Shown piece by piece: positions 59,901-64,000 of a stretch of 64,000 bases of DNA. Source of the DNA: Bacteroidales bacterium (GTDB taxonomy: Bacteria > Bacteroidota > Bacteroidia > Bacteroidales > WCHB1-69); assembly GCA_016285085.1 (NCBI GenBank), contig JAEEQA010000004.1:13836-77835 (forward strand), read 5' to 3'. The first letter of the stretch is position 1. Every line of letters begins with the position of its first letter. The position numbers were made by a program, and so were the translations under genes. A model generated the notes under the pieces. That model was given only the letters and a program-made list of their open reading frames with translations. It did no database searches and was not told the DNA's origin.

Positions 59901-62900
59901 GTGTAGGTAACTTCGCCAAGTTCGGCCGGGACGGCAGCAGCGGGAGTTGCCGTAAGCGTAACCTGACCACCTTCGCAAATGTTATTAGCGGAAGCAACCA
60001 GATTGATAGTCGGCATAGTGTACACGTTGACATCAATGCTACCAGTAGCCGTGCAGCCTGAGTTGGTCTGGCTGATTTCAACAGTATAAGTAGTGGTAGC
60101 GGCAACTGTCGTTGTATAGGTAGCAGCAGTAGCACCCGGAATCTCCGTACCGTTAGCCTTCCAAATGTAGGTCAGGCTATTGGCGTTGTTGTCAACGATA
60201 TTGGCAGTCAATGTGACTTCACCATTGGCGCAGACAGCAGTATCAGTAGCCGTGACAACCACCTGGATAGAAGCAGTGTCATTCACATAGACATAGTACG
60301 GATCGCTGACAGTAGCACATCCAGTGATGTCATTGGTGACCTTCACCGTGAAGATGTACGGATTGTCGCTGCTCTCGTATTCTTTGTCCAAAGTCATATT
60401 CGTTTCAGAAGCAATGTCGGCATTGGCCAGCATCCACTGATAAGAATATGTAGCAGTACCGATTGTGTCATTGACATTGGCTGTCAACTGGACATTGTTA
60501 CCATTGCAGATGATAGGATCACCCGTGATGACCACTGTGTGGTTCGGGTAAACCGTAACAATCGTGTCAATGGAGGGCTGCACGCAGCCAGGAATGTTCG
60601 GAACATACACCAAGGAGTAGTTGTACTCAGTAACATCGCCATCAATAGCAAGCGGAGAATCTGTCAAGGTGTTCATTGTAGCTCCCGGGACTTCCTGACC
60701 ATTTCTGTACCAAGTATAGGTACCGCGGCCCGTGATGTCGGCAGTAAGGGTGATTTGACCACCTTCGCAAATCACATCACTCGGTGTGAGGGCAAGTTTG
60801 ATTGTGTCAAGCGTAATGACCGTGACGGTATCATAACCTACTGCTTCACATTCAGAAGTCGTCTGATACACGCGGACCATGTAGTTGGTCGTGGTATTCG
60901 GGCTCACTGTGAGAGTGCGGCTGGTGGCACCAAAAATCTGGGTTTCAGTTGCACCATCAGTGGTGTACCATCTGTAGGTCAAGTTCTGAGAGTTGTAGTC
61001 ACCAAGATTGGCTGTAAGAGTGACATCGCCGCCAGCGCAGACAGTGTCATCAGAAGCAGTGACTTCAACAAGGATACTATCATTCACATAGACTGCGAAC
61101 GGCTCGCTGATGCTTCTGCAACCGTTGGCGTTAGTCACTTCAACGGTGTAGATGTACGGCTCGTCAGCAGCAGCATGGTAAATCGTGATTGTAGAATTCG
61201 TAGAATCAACAATATCCGTATTGAACAATCTCCATTGATATTCAATGACACCCGTAGCCAAAGCGGTGTCGTTGAGGTTTGCGGTCAGAGTGGTGATGCT
61301 GTCATTGCAAAGCAGAGCGTCGCCGCTGATCATCACAGTGGGATTGTCATAGACATACAAGGTATCTGCAACAGCAACAGAGGTGCAAGCAGCGCTGGCC
61401 TGAGAAACCACAGCGGTGTAAACGAAGCTGTTGGCATCGTAATCGGCCAAGGACGGATTGTCAACGAACATGCTGTCGCTTACATTGTCAATCATAACAC
61501 CGTTTCTGTACCATGTGAAGATGTAGGGTTCATCTTCCACACCACCATTAGCGGAGGCACTGACTGTGACCTGCGCGCCCTGGCAAATGTTCTCTTCGCT
61601 GATTTCAACAGAAGTAATAACCGGAAGTTCTCTCGGAGTGATGGTCACTTCAACAGTATCTGCGCAAAGAGTGGTCGTCTGTTTGACAACGAGATAGTAA
61701 GTAGTAGCGTTTTCAATCGGATCGGTGGTAAGGGTCAATTCATTGCCGCCATTGACTGCGGTATTCAAATCGTTGACGAACCACTGATAAGTGAGGTCTT
61801 CAATATTGTAATTGTCAATATGTCCAGTGAGGTTGGCAACACCACCCTTACAAATGGTCGTGTCATCCACCGTGATAGAGGCCACTGGAGCAGGCTTGAT
61901 GTAAACCTCATAAGGTTCGCTCATAACCGTACAACCTGCGCCAAGGTCAACCTTAACAGTAAAGATGTAAGGTTCATCGCGGGCAGGACGAGGTCCGAGG
62001 TTGGCTTCACTATAGTAGAAAGTAGGAGCTAGCGGTTGTAATGCCATACCTGTCGGCACATTGTTCATGTACCAGGTCTGCTGGATGCTGTCGAGATCAA
62101 AGGTGTGATCCCAGCTTACATTACCGAGGAGTTCAGTGATAACATCACCCTCACAAAGCATCTGGTCGCCAGAGATGACAACAACAGGCAGAGGACGGAC
62201 GGTAACAACATCAGCAGATTTACGCTCTGACACACAGTTGGCGCTCGGCTGGCTGACCACTGCAGAGTAGGTAATCTGTTCGGCTTCTGTGCCAGAGATG
62301 ATAGTAGCATCGTGGAAGATAGAATCGGTCACACCTTCGATAACAACACCGTTCTTATACCAAGTGAAGATGTACGGTTCGTTTGCAATACCACCCTGAG
62401 CAGTAGCCTTGATGGTCAAATCATATCCAGAGCACACGTCAGTGGTATCTGTCTTGATTTGCGAGATAGTGGCAGGATCAACTGCATTCACATGAATATC
62501 GCCAGTAGCAACGCAGTTGGAAGTCGTTTGCAGAACTTTCACTGAATAAGTTTCAGTTGCAGGAACAGTAACCGTAATTACGCGCTCCGTAGCAGCCGTA
62601 ATCTCTTCAGTACCTTTATACCATTGATAGACGAGGTTACTATTGTTGTAATCGCCGAGCACAGCGGTCAATGTCACTTCGCCGTTCTTACAAATGGTGG
62701 TATCGTCAGCAATTACGGCAACCTGAATGCTGTCGTTCACATACACCGGATATTCGTTGCTCAGGATGCGGCAGCCGTTGCTGTCGGAAACCTGGACTGT
62801 GAATATGTAGGCGTCGGTGCTGTCGGGCATGTTGCTGATCTTCAGCGTGTCGTTGTCCGCACCCGTCACGGTCACACTCTTGCCGTTCAGCGTGAATGTC

Positions 62901-64000
62901 CCGTCCTCAAGGTCGCGGTTGGCCAGCATCCACTGGTAGGTCACCGTCGCCGCCGTCGTGTCGTAGCCGTTGATGTTGGCGTGCAGTTCGATTGTTGAAC
63001 CGTCACACACCAGCGGGTCGCCCTCGATGGCAATCGTCGGGTTCGGGTAGGCATACACCGTCGTGTCCTTCGTGGCCACGCAGCCCTCGATGTCGGAGGC
63101 AAACACCACTCCGTACACATAGGCCGTGGAGTCACCGTCAACCGCCATCGGGCTGTCATGAAGCTGCGCCGTGTTGGCTCCTGCTATCTGGACATCGTTG
63201 CGGTACCACTGGTAGCTGCCGCCCTGGACGGGATCCACCGTGGCGTTCAGCACAATCTCACCGCCGGAGCAGATCATCGATCTGTTCAGCGTCAGCTGGA
63301 TCTCCGGAGCGGATATCACATACACAGTGTCAATGCCCGTCATCGCGCATTCGGAGGTCGTCTGCATCACATCCACCTTGTAGATGCTCACCGTGTCGGT
63401 CGGGTTCACCGTCAACGTGCGGGCTGTGCCGCCGGGAACCGGTGTCCAGTCGTCATCGCCCGTACCGGTCTTGCGGGACCACTTGTAGATTATGTTGCTC
63501 GCGTTGTAGTCGCCAAGGTTCGCCGTGAAGGTCACCTCGCCGCCCAGACACATAGTGTCAACCGTGGAGGTCACTTCCACAAACACCGTGTCGTTCACAT
63601 ATACATAGTAAGGATCGCTCGTCACGCGGCAGCCCGTCTGCGGCATCTCCGCCGTGACTGTATAGACGTAGGCCTCGTCGGCAGACTCTCCGGCTACCAT
63701 CACCAACGTGTCATTGGCCTGGAGAACTCCCGTCGAGCTCGTAGTCAGATCGCTGTTGTTCAGTCTCCATGTGTACTGCAGACCGCTCGTGTTGTAGTCA
63801 ATGTCGTTGAGGTGCGCATACAGTGTCACCGTGTCGTGGCCCTGTGCGTCGCAGAGGATCGCGTCGCCGCTGATCGTCAGCGTCGGCTGCGGGATCACCC
63901 ACACCGTGTCGGACTTCGCTTCGGACTCGCATGCGGAGCTCGGCTGGCTCACCTTCACACTGTAGATGAACACCATCGAGTCGGTGGTGCCGCCAACGTA
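44954..64000 (-). CDS. Giant T9SS-secreted Ig-like-repeat surface protein/adhesin (partial; N-terminus beyond the window)
   Basis: A single open frame of >6340 codons, still open at base 64000. It consists of tens of ~90-100-aa modules with recurring 'C.GG.VTLTA...YN...LTYQWY', 'FTWYRNG..I.G.TDS' and 'PNPTV.ISGD..IC' signatures. It ends in a Por_Secre_tail-like sorting domain. Confidence 0.85.
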   Translation of the reverse strand, partial: YVGGTTDSMVFIYSVKVSQPSSACESEAKSDTVWVIPQPTLTISGDAILCDAQGHDTVTLYAHLNDIDYNTSGLQYTWRLNNSDLTTSSTGVLQANDTLVMVAGESADEAYVYTVTAEMPQTGCRVTSDPYYVYVNDTVFVEVTSTVDTMCLGGEVTFTANLGDYNASNIIYKWSRKTGTGDDDWTPVPGGTARTLTVNPTDTVSIYKVDVMQTTSECAMTGIDTVYVISAPEIQLTLNRSMICSGGEIVLNATVDPVQGGSYQWYRNDVQIAGANTAQLHDSPMAVDGDSTAYVYGVVFASDIEGCVATKDTTVYAYPNPTIAIEGDPLVCDGSTIELHANINGYDTTAATVTYQWMLANRDLEDGTFTLNGKSVTVTGADNDTLKISNMPDSTDAYIFTVQVSDSNGCRILSNEYPVYVNDSIQVAVIADDTTICKNGEVTLTAVLGDYNNSNLVYQWYKGTEEITAATERVITVTVPATETYSVKVLQTTSNCVATGDIHVNAVDPATISQIKTDTTDVCSGYDLTIKATAQGGIANEPYIFTWYKNGVVIEGVTDSIFHDATIISGTEAEQITYSAVVSQPSANCVSERKSADVVTVRPLPVVVISGDQMLCEGDVITELLGNVSWDHTFDLDSIQQTWYMNNVPTGMALQPLAPTFYYSEANLGPRPARDEPYIFTVKVDLGAGCTVMSEPYEVYIKPAPVASITVDDTTICKGGVANLTGHIDNYNIEDLTYQWFVNDLNTAVNGGNELTLTTDPIENATTYYLVVKQTTTLCADTVEVTITPRELPVITSVEISEENICQGAQVTVSASANGGVEDEPYIFTWYRNGVMIDNVSDSMFVDNPSLADYDANSFVYTAVVSQASAACTSVAVADTLYVYDNPTVMISGDALLCNDSITTLTANLNDTALATGVIEYQWRLFNTDIVDSTNSTITIYHAAADEPYIYTVEVTNANGCRSISEPFAVYVNDSILVEVTASDDTVCAGGDVTLTANLGDYNSQNLTYRWYTTDGATETQIFGATSRTLTVSPNTTTNYMVRVYQTTSECEAVGYDTVTVITLDTIKLALTPSDVICEGGQITLTADITGRGTYTWYRNGQEVPGATMNTLTDSPLAIDGDVTEYNYSLVYVPNIPGCVQPSIDTIVTVYPNHTVVITGDPIICNGNNVQLTANVNDTIGTATYSYQWMLANADIASETNMTLDKEYESSDNPYIFTVKVTNDITGCATVSDPYYVYVNDTASIQVVVTATDTAVCANGEVTLTANIVDNNANSLTYIWKANGTEIPGATAATYTTTVAATTTYTVEISQTNSGCTATGSIDVNVYTMPTINLVASANNICEGGQVTLTATPAAAVPAELGEVTYTWFDNGQLINGVTDSVYTVSPDAVDNDNTVHNYTVMATAEAPACQSAISNVAMVTVTANPVVEISSEYDTYCVNTDFNIAVKITGNYNTSSTLTLLVDNGVSAASLTTPIVNTVPGYAWEGEYTDNWNYVRGSAYNYQLEVAYGNGCSVRSNVLPINIADTQTVVVTVAEDTICLGGTAVATANVLNPNANVSYTWKVNGVTVDGAFSSTLVTSDLNVGMDTLTVTVIDLDSRCESVKDAYVKVNNVPSVDTIVISQDTVCDGYQIEIAAVPNDTLGVSGVGYTYTWYKNGVEIVGATDSILREIAVATVGDTAVYVYGVVISQENSGCVSEMKTGTVYVFPNPTVQISGDQIICEDSVIMLQANLNDTIAGVTYSYEWRLFNQTIRTTAEAHDTLIYNAEPTDQPYIFTVVVTNNERGCSVISEPYNVYVNDSIIVEVTHTVDSICSGGEEILTAHLADYNDEFLTYRWSKYNTSLGQYEPINGATERIVTVHPTSDEADANGWVKYQVKILQTNSGCVAEGFDSVKIMTAPTIKFEHVSDTNICFGGEISMSVTHHANGYYIWYRNGQQIPGANLDTLIDSPVVVDGDSTAYTYAAMYIPVEEGCNSTLIDTTIYVYPNPTIQISGDAIVCDSVAGNIYLHAYMDTAAVFTDLHYQWYESNRMLENETSDTLRLTEGFRDEPYLYTVKIYNDRGCTTMSEPYAVYVNDTILVEVTSSVDTICAGADVTLTANLGNYNADNLVYRWYYKEEGSNDSIEVWGGTSRILNIAPEKTTYYQVKVSQTTSECFAIGYDTIVVTTPDTVVIELVGHDTICSGGEIQLTAKKKAGAALEAITSGSFVWTKNGVVIEGANGATILDSPLAVDGDSTRYVYGLTYFPEYAGCRVDAADTAIIVYGNPTVQISGDPIICNMVNDSIVLVANVNDTANYPFNFQWRLFNRDIEGIASATTDTLRIRKEASDNPYLFTVQVSNNRGCTTLSDEFPVYVNDSTSINVVVTSDYDSVCVGGEVTFTAHIADYNSRHLTFQWYKIDTTAAGVDTLIAIDYGREPWLTYVLTDTLWNRFALKITQTNSGCEAWGFDSVYVWPRTPFEVYNVTALNVATNSHQICDGGQVDVTVAVRDLYGNSVDSTLFTYEWFRNGFEHPFLSGPWFRESPLTVDDDTTRYVYSSTIVLDIPGCRYSNRGISDTITVTRNPMVIISGSPYVCQYSPVTLTAWVNGAVNTPASTTYKWYLDGQLNQSADSYRYDYVEYGVAGPTTNWAHEYIVEVIDANGCSGFSDPFHVVMVEAPITHIVATEDTICNGGEVTLTATLENYNLEYLRYQWYKDELTEANRILGAHEPVYTVMPDASTTYYVEVYSSLTNSSSPYAALTDLCTALDTFRVEVVNDPVIDSVVISDTSVCDGGQVTIVAHATGGVPSDEYVFTWYRNNELMEGITDSVFTESPLTIDGNITKYVYSATVTQASSGCLSARTFASDTLTVYPNPTVVIAGDPIICEDSVIMLSANVTNDYMNAELTYTWLLYNDTIRDASTTQDTIVDVRGPQDYAYVYTVVVDNPHGCRVESAPYYVYVNDTIVVEVTSTEDTICTDGVVTLTANLGDYNDSDLTYRWYKGDTTAANQIWGATQSTLTTEVHETTVFWVRVFQTPSACETYGFDTVFVRPDPVIDTIVLSIYDICDGGQVTVTAHAHGGVDSTEFPYIFTWYRNNELMEGYTDSTFTVSDLTVDGDITEYVFSATVRQDAAGCESVRAYADTLTVNPNPYVVISGDPLICQDSTIYLTANVTYDYATANLTYTWLLDNDTIREPLVGHDTIFEVKAPRDHAYNYTVVVANEHGCTSESEVFSVVVNPRPVVEVTAYEETFCEGGSTVLTANIDNYNLNNLMYRWHYRNIETGVIDSIDGGMQRVITVDPTDTTMYYVDVYQVGSECYSYDSIQINVNKIPVVDTVILSYYDMCYGGQPTITAYAHGGVDTVEYPYFYTWYRNGELIEGVTGNTFTDNTREFAVDDDDTYYVYTAVVHQTASGCTSLPTSSERLNVYMNPRVEVTGDPYICETDPIFCIANVDTSSINVGGLHYTWYESGQLRDNMAYGYGDSKFYSEYFTARPNPYLISVEVTRGNGCRTMSEQFEVYVEEKPIVEITSTETDICVGGSVTLTANLENYHMDDLTFQWYTTDTVDLAHEIYGATQYTYTTNALTDTGVNKFSVRVYRTRSECFDIDNIEINVHADPVIDSITVSDNDTVICAGGEFTLTAHTTVDSVLGIATYTWFRDGVEIVGARDSVLTEHPMTVDNDSINHTYTVFVTMSASGCQSVIDSNSTRVITILPNATVQIEGDPVICGAGNELDTIRLIANVNDTSARVDGFTYEWRLVNRTLTADDPMVVAGADSNVLEVLAAPSENPYLFTVHVWNENGCSTSSEEFPVFVNDTTSLVITASETDICRGGEVTLFANLGDYNVPSLTYQWYEQSINDTVKDTIPGATSSTYTTVLDSTTTFYVDLVQTTSSCLSQAAITINVYDDPTVKLTIYDQDTIICDGGQVMLTAHVEYDTMALGVPTFTWFRNGFEIENAHDSVLVESPLTVDGDSTRYVYQVIATLTASGCQSVITDSSTMVVNVFPNPTVEIEGDHFICGDGIGMDTLVLTANVNDTVVADGYTYEWRLFNRTLEDSADMIWGAETAILNMVLEPNDEPYIFTVTVHNTNGCTTISEPFYAIVNKAVAVTALTTETDICKGGEVTVSAHLDNYNIEGLTYQWYQATDTTTNTTLVGDTDSSFVANIIDGATESTYTTTLEDTTTFFVVVSQPNSSCYTVASVQVNVHADPIIDSITISDGDTNICEGGQFTLVAHASYDENLGTPTYTWFRNGVEILNATDSVITESPVTVDGDLTNYTYQVLVTLTASGCQSVIDSNSTMNVHVYPNSTVQIEGDPIICGAGLNRTVAHLTAHLNDTVADVDGYTYEWRLFNRTIDATDDSLINGVADTMVLDYGLTVSDNPYIFKVIVHNPNGCTNESADFYVYVNDTASIVVTVDETDICEGGTVTFTANIGDYNMPNLTYQWFAEDTTDADMIGGATQSTYTTTLDTADTYTFFVKIYQPTSGCVAYGSDSVTVHNDPTVTLAISDETPDTNICDGGQITLTATASYDPELGEPVFTWFRNGVRVENATDSVLTDSPVTVDGDVTDYRYQVIVTLAQSGCQSVISDSSTIDVHVYGNPVVEIEGDHNICGAGEGLDTCKLIANVNDTITDADGYTYEWRLFTRTIDSTDARVISGADGSELNIVLEPNDEPYLFTVIVRNENGCTTTSEVFDVTVHEPVVVTALTSETDICAGGQVTVSAHLDNYNIEGLTYQWMLGSDSIAGATSAAYTTTLDTVADYTFEVLVAQPTTSCLSRATVTVTVHEDPTVSLAISDEDTVICDGGEFTLTATANYDEVLGEATYTWTRNGEELVDAHDATLTESPVTVDNDITTYTYTVIATLTASGCQSVVTDSSTITVTVRPNPTVVIAGDPVICGSGDNATSVHLTANVNDHSDLVDGFTYEWRLFNNTLGFTTNVLDTVLEPNVNPYEFQVVVHNENGCTTGDDFNVLVKAAPVVNAEAVEADYCVGGTTTLVSHIIDRNAENLTYQWLLEGDTIHGANEETYVTPNDLRAGTYTYTVLVYQTTSDCIGSADVVINVHNDPAITDITVNNTVVCDGGAVVVTANANLEDVLGEATYTWYKNGERMDGYTSNTFTDYPTVVDNDVTEIIYSAIVTLTASGCTSEEVAAPVVTVNPHATVSVVTDGSLTVCDGGNVTLTANVDPANETYTYQWYLDNEQVGYDTNVYVAEGLAARETPYMVHVVVESAPGCITSTMAQAVAINVVADPIVTLVDIDNNGASTVCVGGTATLNASYTGGVDQINGMGTPTYTWFNNGEQVGTGNTYVIPDTLAAGTYNYTVVMSFEDNAYGCDVNTAVQGNTGVYTFTVVDDPAPFIAVNVDYDTTVCEGGSTQLYVHHIDNGIDGIEYQYQWYRNGIILAGETNPTLTTDATLPAADYSYYVTVRANGVACDGESNTVIVSVVTAPTVEISGAANVCVGGQITLNAEVDETYGANVTYQWNRVEGGHAQIIAGATESTYTTDTLLALGSYSYSVTVNNPISGCTVTSGVVTANVVADPVVAIVNNADVCEGGVVTMNAVVTETVAGVTYNYTWYRDNEVVGSNSDTYTTDASLVAGNYIYRVEITPADLTGCNAISEPVNANVIAVPTVTISGYEAVCEGGSVELTANVYPMLTGNSYNYAWYRDGMALGFNTAAITTDATLAAGTYTYSVEVWNATYDIDCRATATFTYTVVADPTIDSIVTSLPENQMCIGGTVTLTASMTDNLNADNSNVLYTWVVDGRNYSTGASNTITITPDHTGTVTCSVFATVNNSYNTGCQSDVQTVNIEVVDQPYVGINYAGILQVCEGGYVELNAVIEGGVGEPTIVWRRNSARISAYDNMTTIYTDTNDLVGTYNYSVGVTYAAATGCRATSDNVTVHVLYQPRWTEAVVTTASGNSDICEGERVTLIAYIEGGVEDANHQTGSYIQWVYAPVTDLNDVNLVSCGLGGVSCDYASTPGTYVYYPTYVAPSNTNCAPSNTPNLSGNIITVHEHPTVTMTLGNGSDILCWNNGDDNATINFTFTGTAPFHFSLQDMTTGVITEHTTYSHQYSIEVTPNVSTTYQVFQLSDRYCDGEVVNTNTVTVVISHFEIVVDSVSICPEGDHPTATFLFNNLTVNDDRDTVWFEIDDYDNLGFDYSFDILDLTNNTATVYMPTSEPGTYHFGIIIDGCEYDVTVQILWGNYGITQIMDQKWDDVVVCNNNPATNGGHTFVYYQWYRNGEAIPGANDQYYQEVGGLNGFYSLYVIDDLGNEYMTCEMMIATNPQIRVYPVPANVGVEITVELPLSDEELNGAYLDIYDAKGALVQHVTNLQVITKVSGFEAQGTYFGRIVTGTNDVKTVKFIIVK
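44957..45200 (-). other. T9SS C-terminal sorting domain of the giant protein
   Basis: 'IRVYPVPANVGVEITV......LDIYDAKGALV........G..AQGTYFGRI.....VKTVKFIIVK'. Boundaries approximate. Confidence 0.7.
46100..49100 (-). other. About 10 single Ig-like modules (no tri-module periodicity)
   Basis: Hand-read modules such as 'VCEGGSVELTANV....YNYAWYRDG'. Boundaries approximate. Confidence 0.5.
49100..64000 (-). repeat. At least 18 protein-level tri-module super-repeats (~280-300 aa each) in the giant ORF
   Basis: The junction signature '(S)(E/D)P(F/Y).VYVND....V.V...D.IC.GG.VTLTA.L.(D/N)YN...L.Y.W' was counted 18 times by eye. The DNA copies are diverged, not identical. Confidence 0.65.

Overview
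This 64-kb segment looks like a Bacteroidota chromosome, probably Prevotellaceae-like. That placement is an inference from three things: TAnnTTTG -7 promoter boxes 17-95 bp upstream of many start codons, T9SS C-terminal sorting domains, and PDDEXK_2/Rpn 'transposase' paralogs. All product calls come from motif reading by eye; no searches were run.

Gene order, left to right:
- A low-GC two-gene islet: a PD-(D/E)xK nuclease translationally coupled to a C-tail-anchored TIR-like protein.
- GNAT, two secreted or hypothetical proteins, tyrS, an Rpn-like nuclease, and a Sel1-repeat protein.
- A three-gene RND efflux operon followed by agmatinase.
- A colinear, tightly spaced unit: Cache-PP2C-GHKL sensor / STAS protein / Sfp-type PPTase / outer-membrane beta-barrel / a 2444-aa NRPS with C-A-T-C-A-T-R architecture.
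- A convergent T9SS cargo gene, carboxy(nor)spermidine dehydrogenase, and hydG with a TM1266-type regulator.
- A second low-GC islet with another Rpn-like nuclease and a frameshifted Rhs-core remnant.
- A housekeeping block (yqgE, UDP-xylose synthase, methyltransferase, DUF349, acyl-CoA ligase, deaminase) and tRNA-Arg(CCG).
- An OmpA-family gene and a >19-kb ORF, still open at the window edge, encoding a giant T9SS-secreted Ig-like-repeat adhesin.

Two cross-cutting signals stand out:
1. Eight copies of a 28-30-bp palindrome, GTAGAGACG-N10-CGTCTCTAC, whose centres covary. Three of them are inserted in-frame inside coding sequence: both NRPS A domains and a T9SS sorting domain.
2. Four A/T-rich 7-bp-period tracts sit exactly on gene stop codons and place stop triplets in all three frames.
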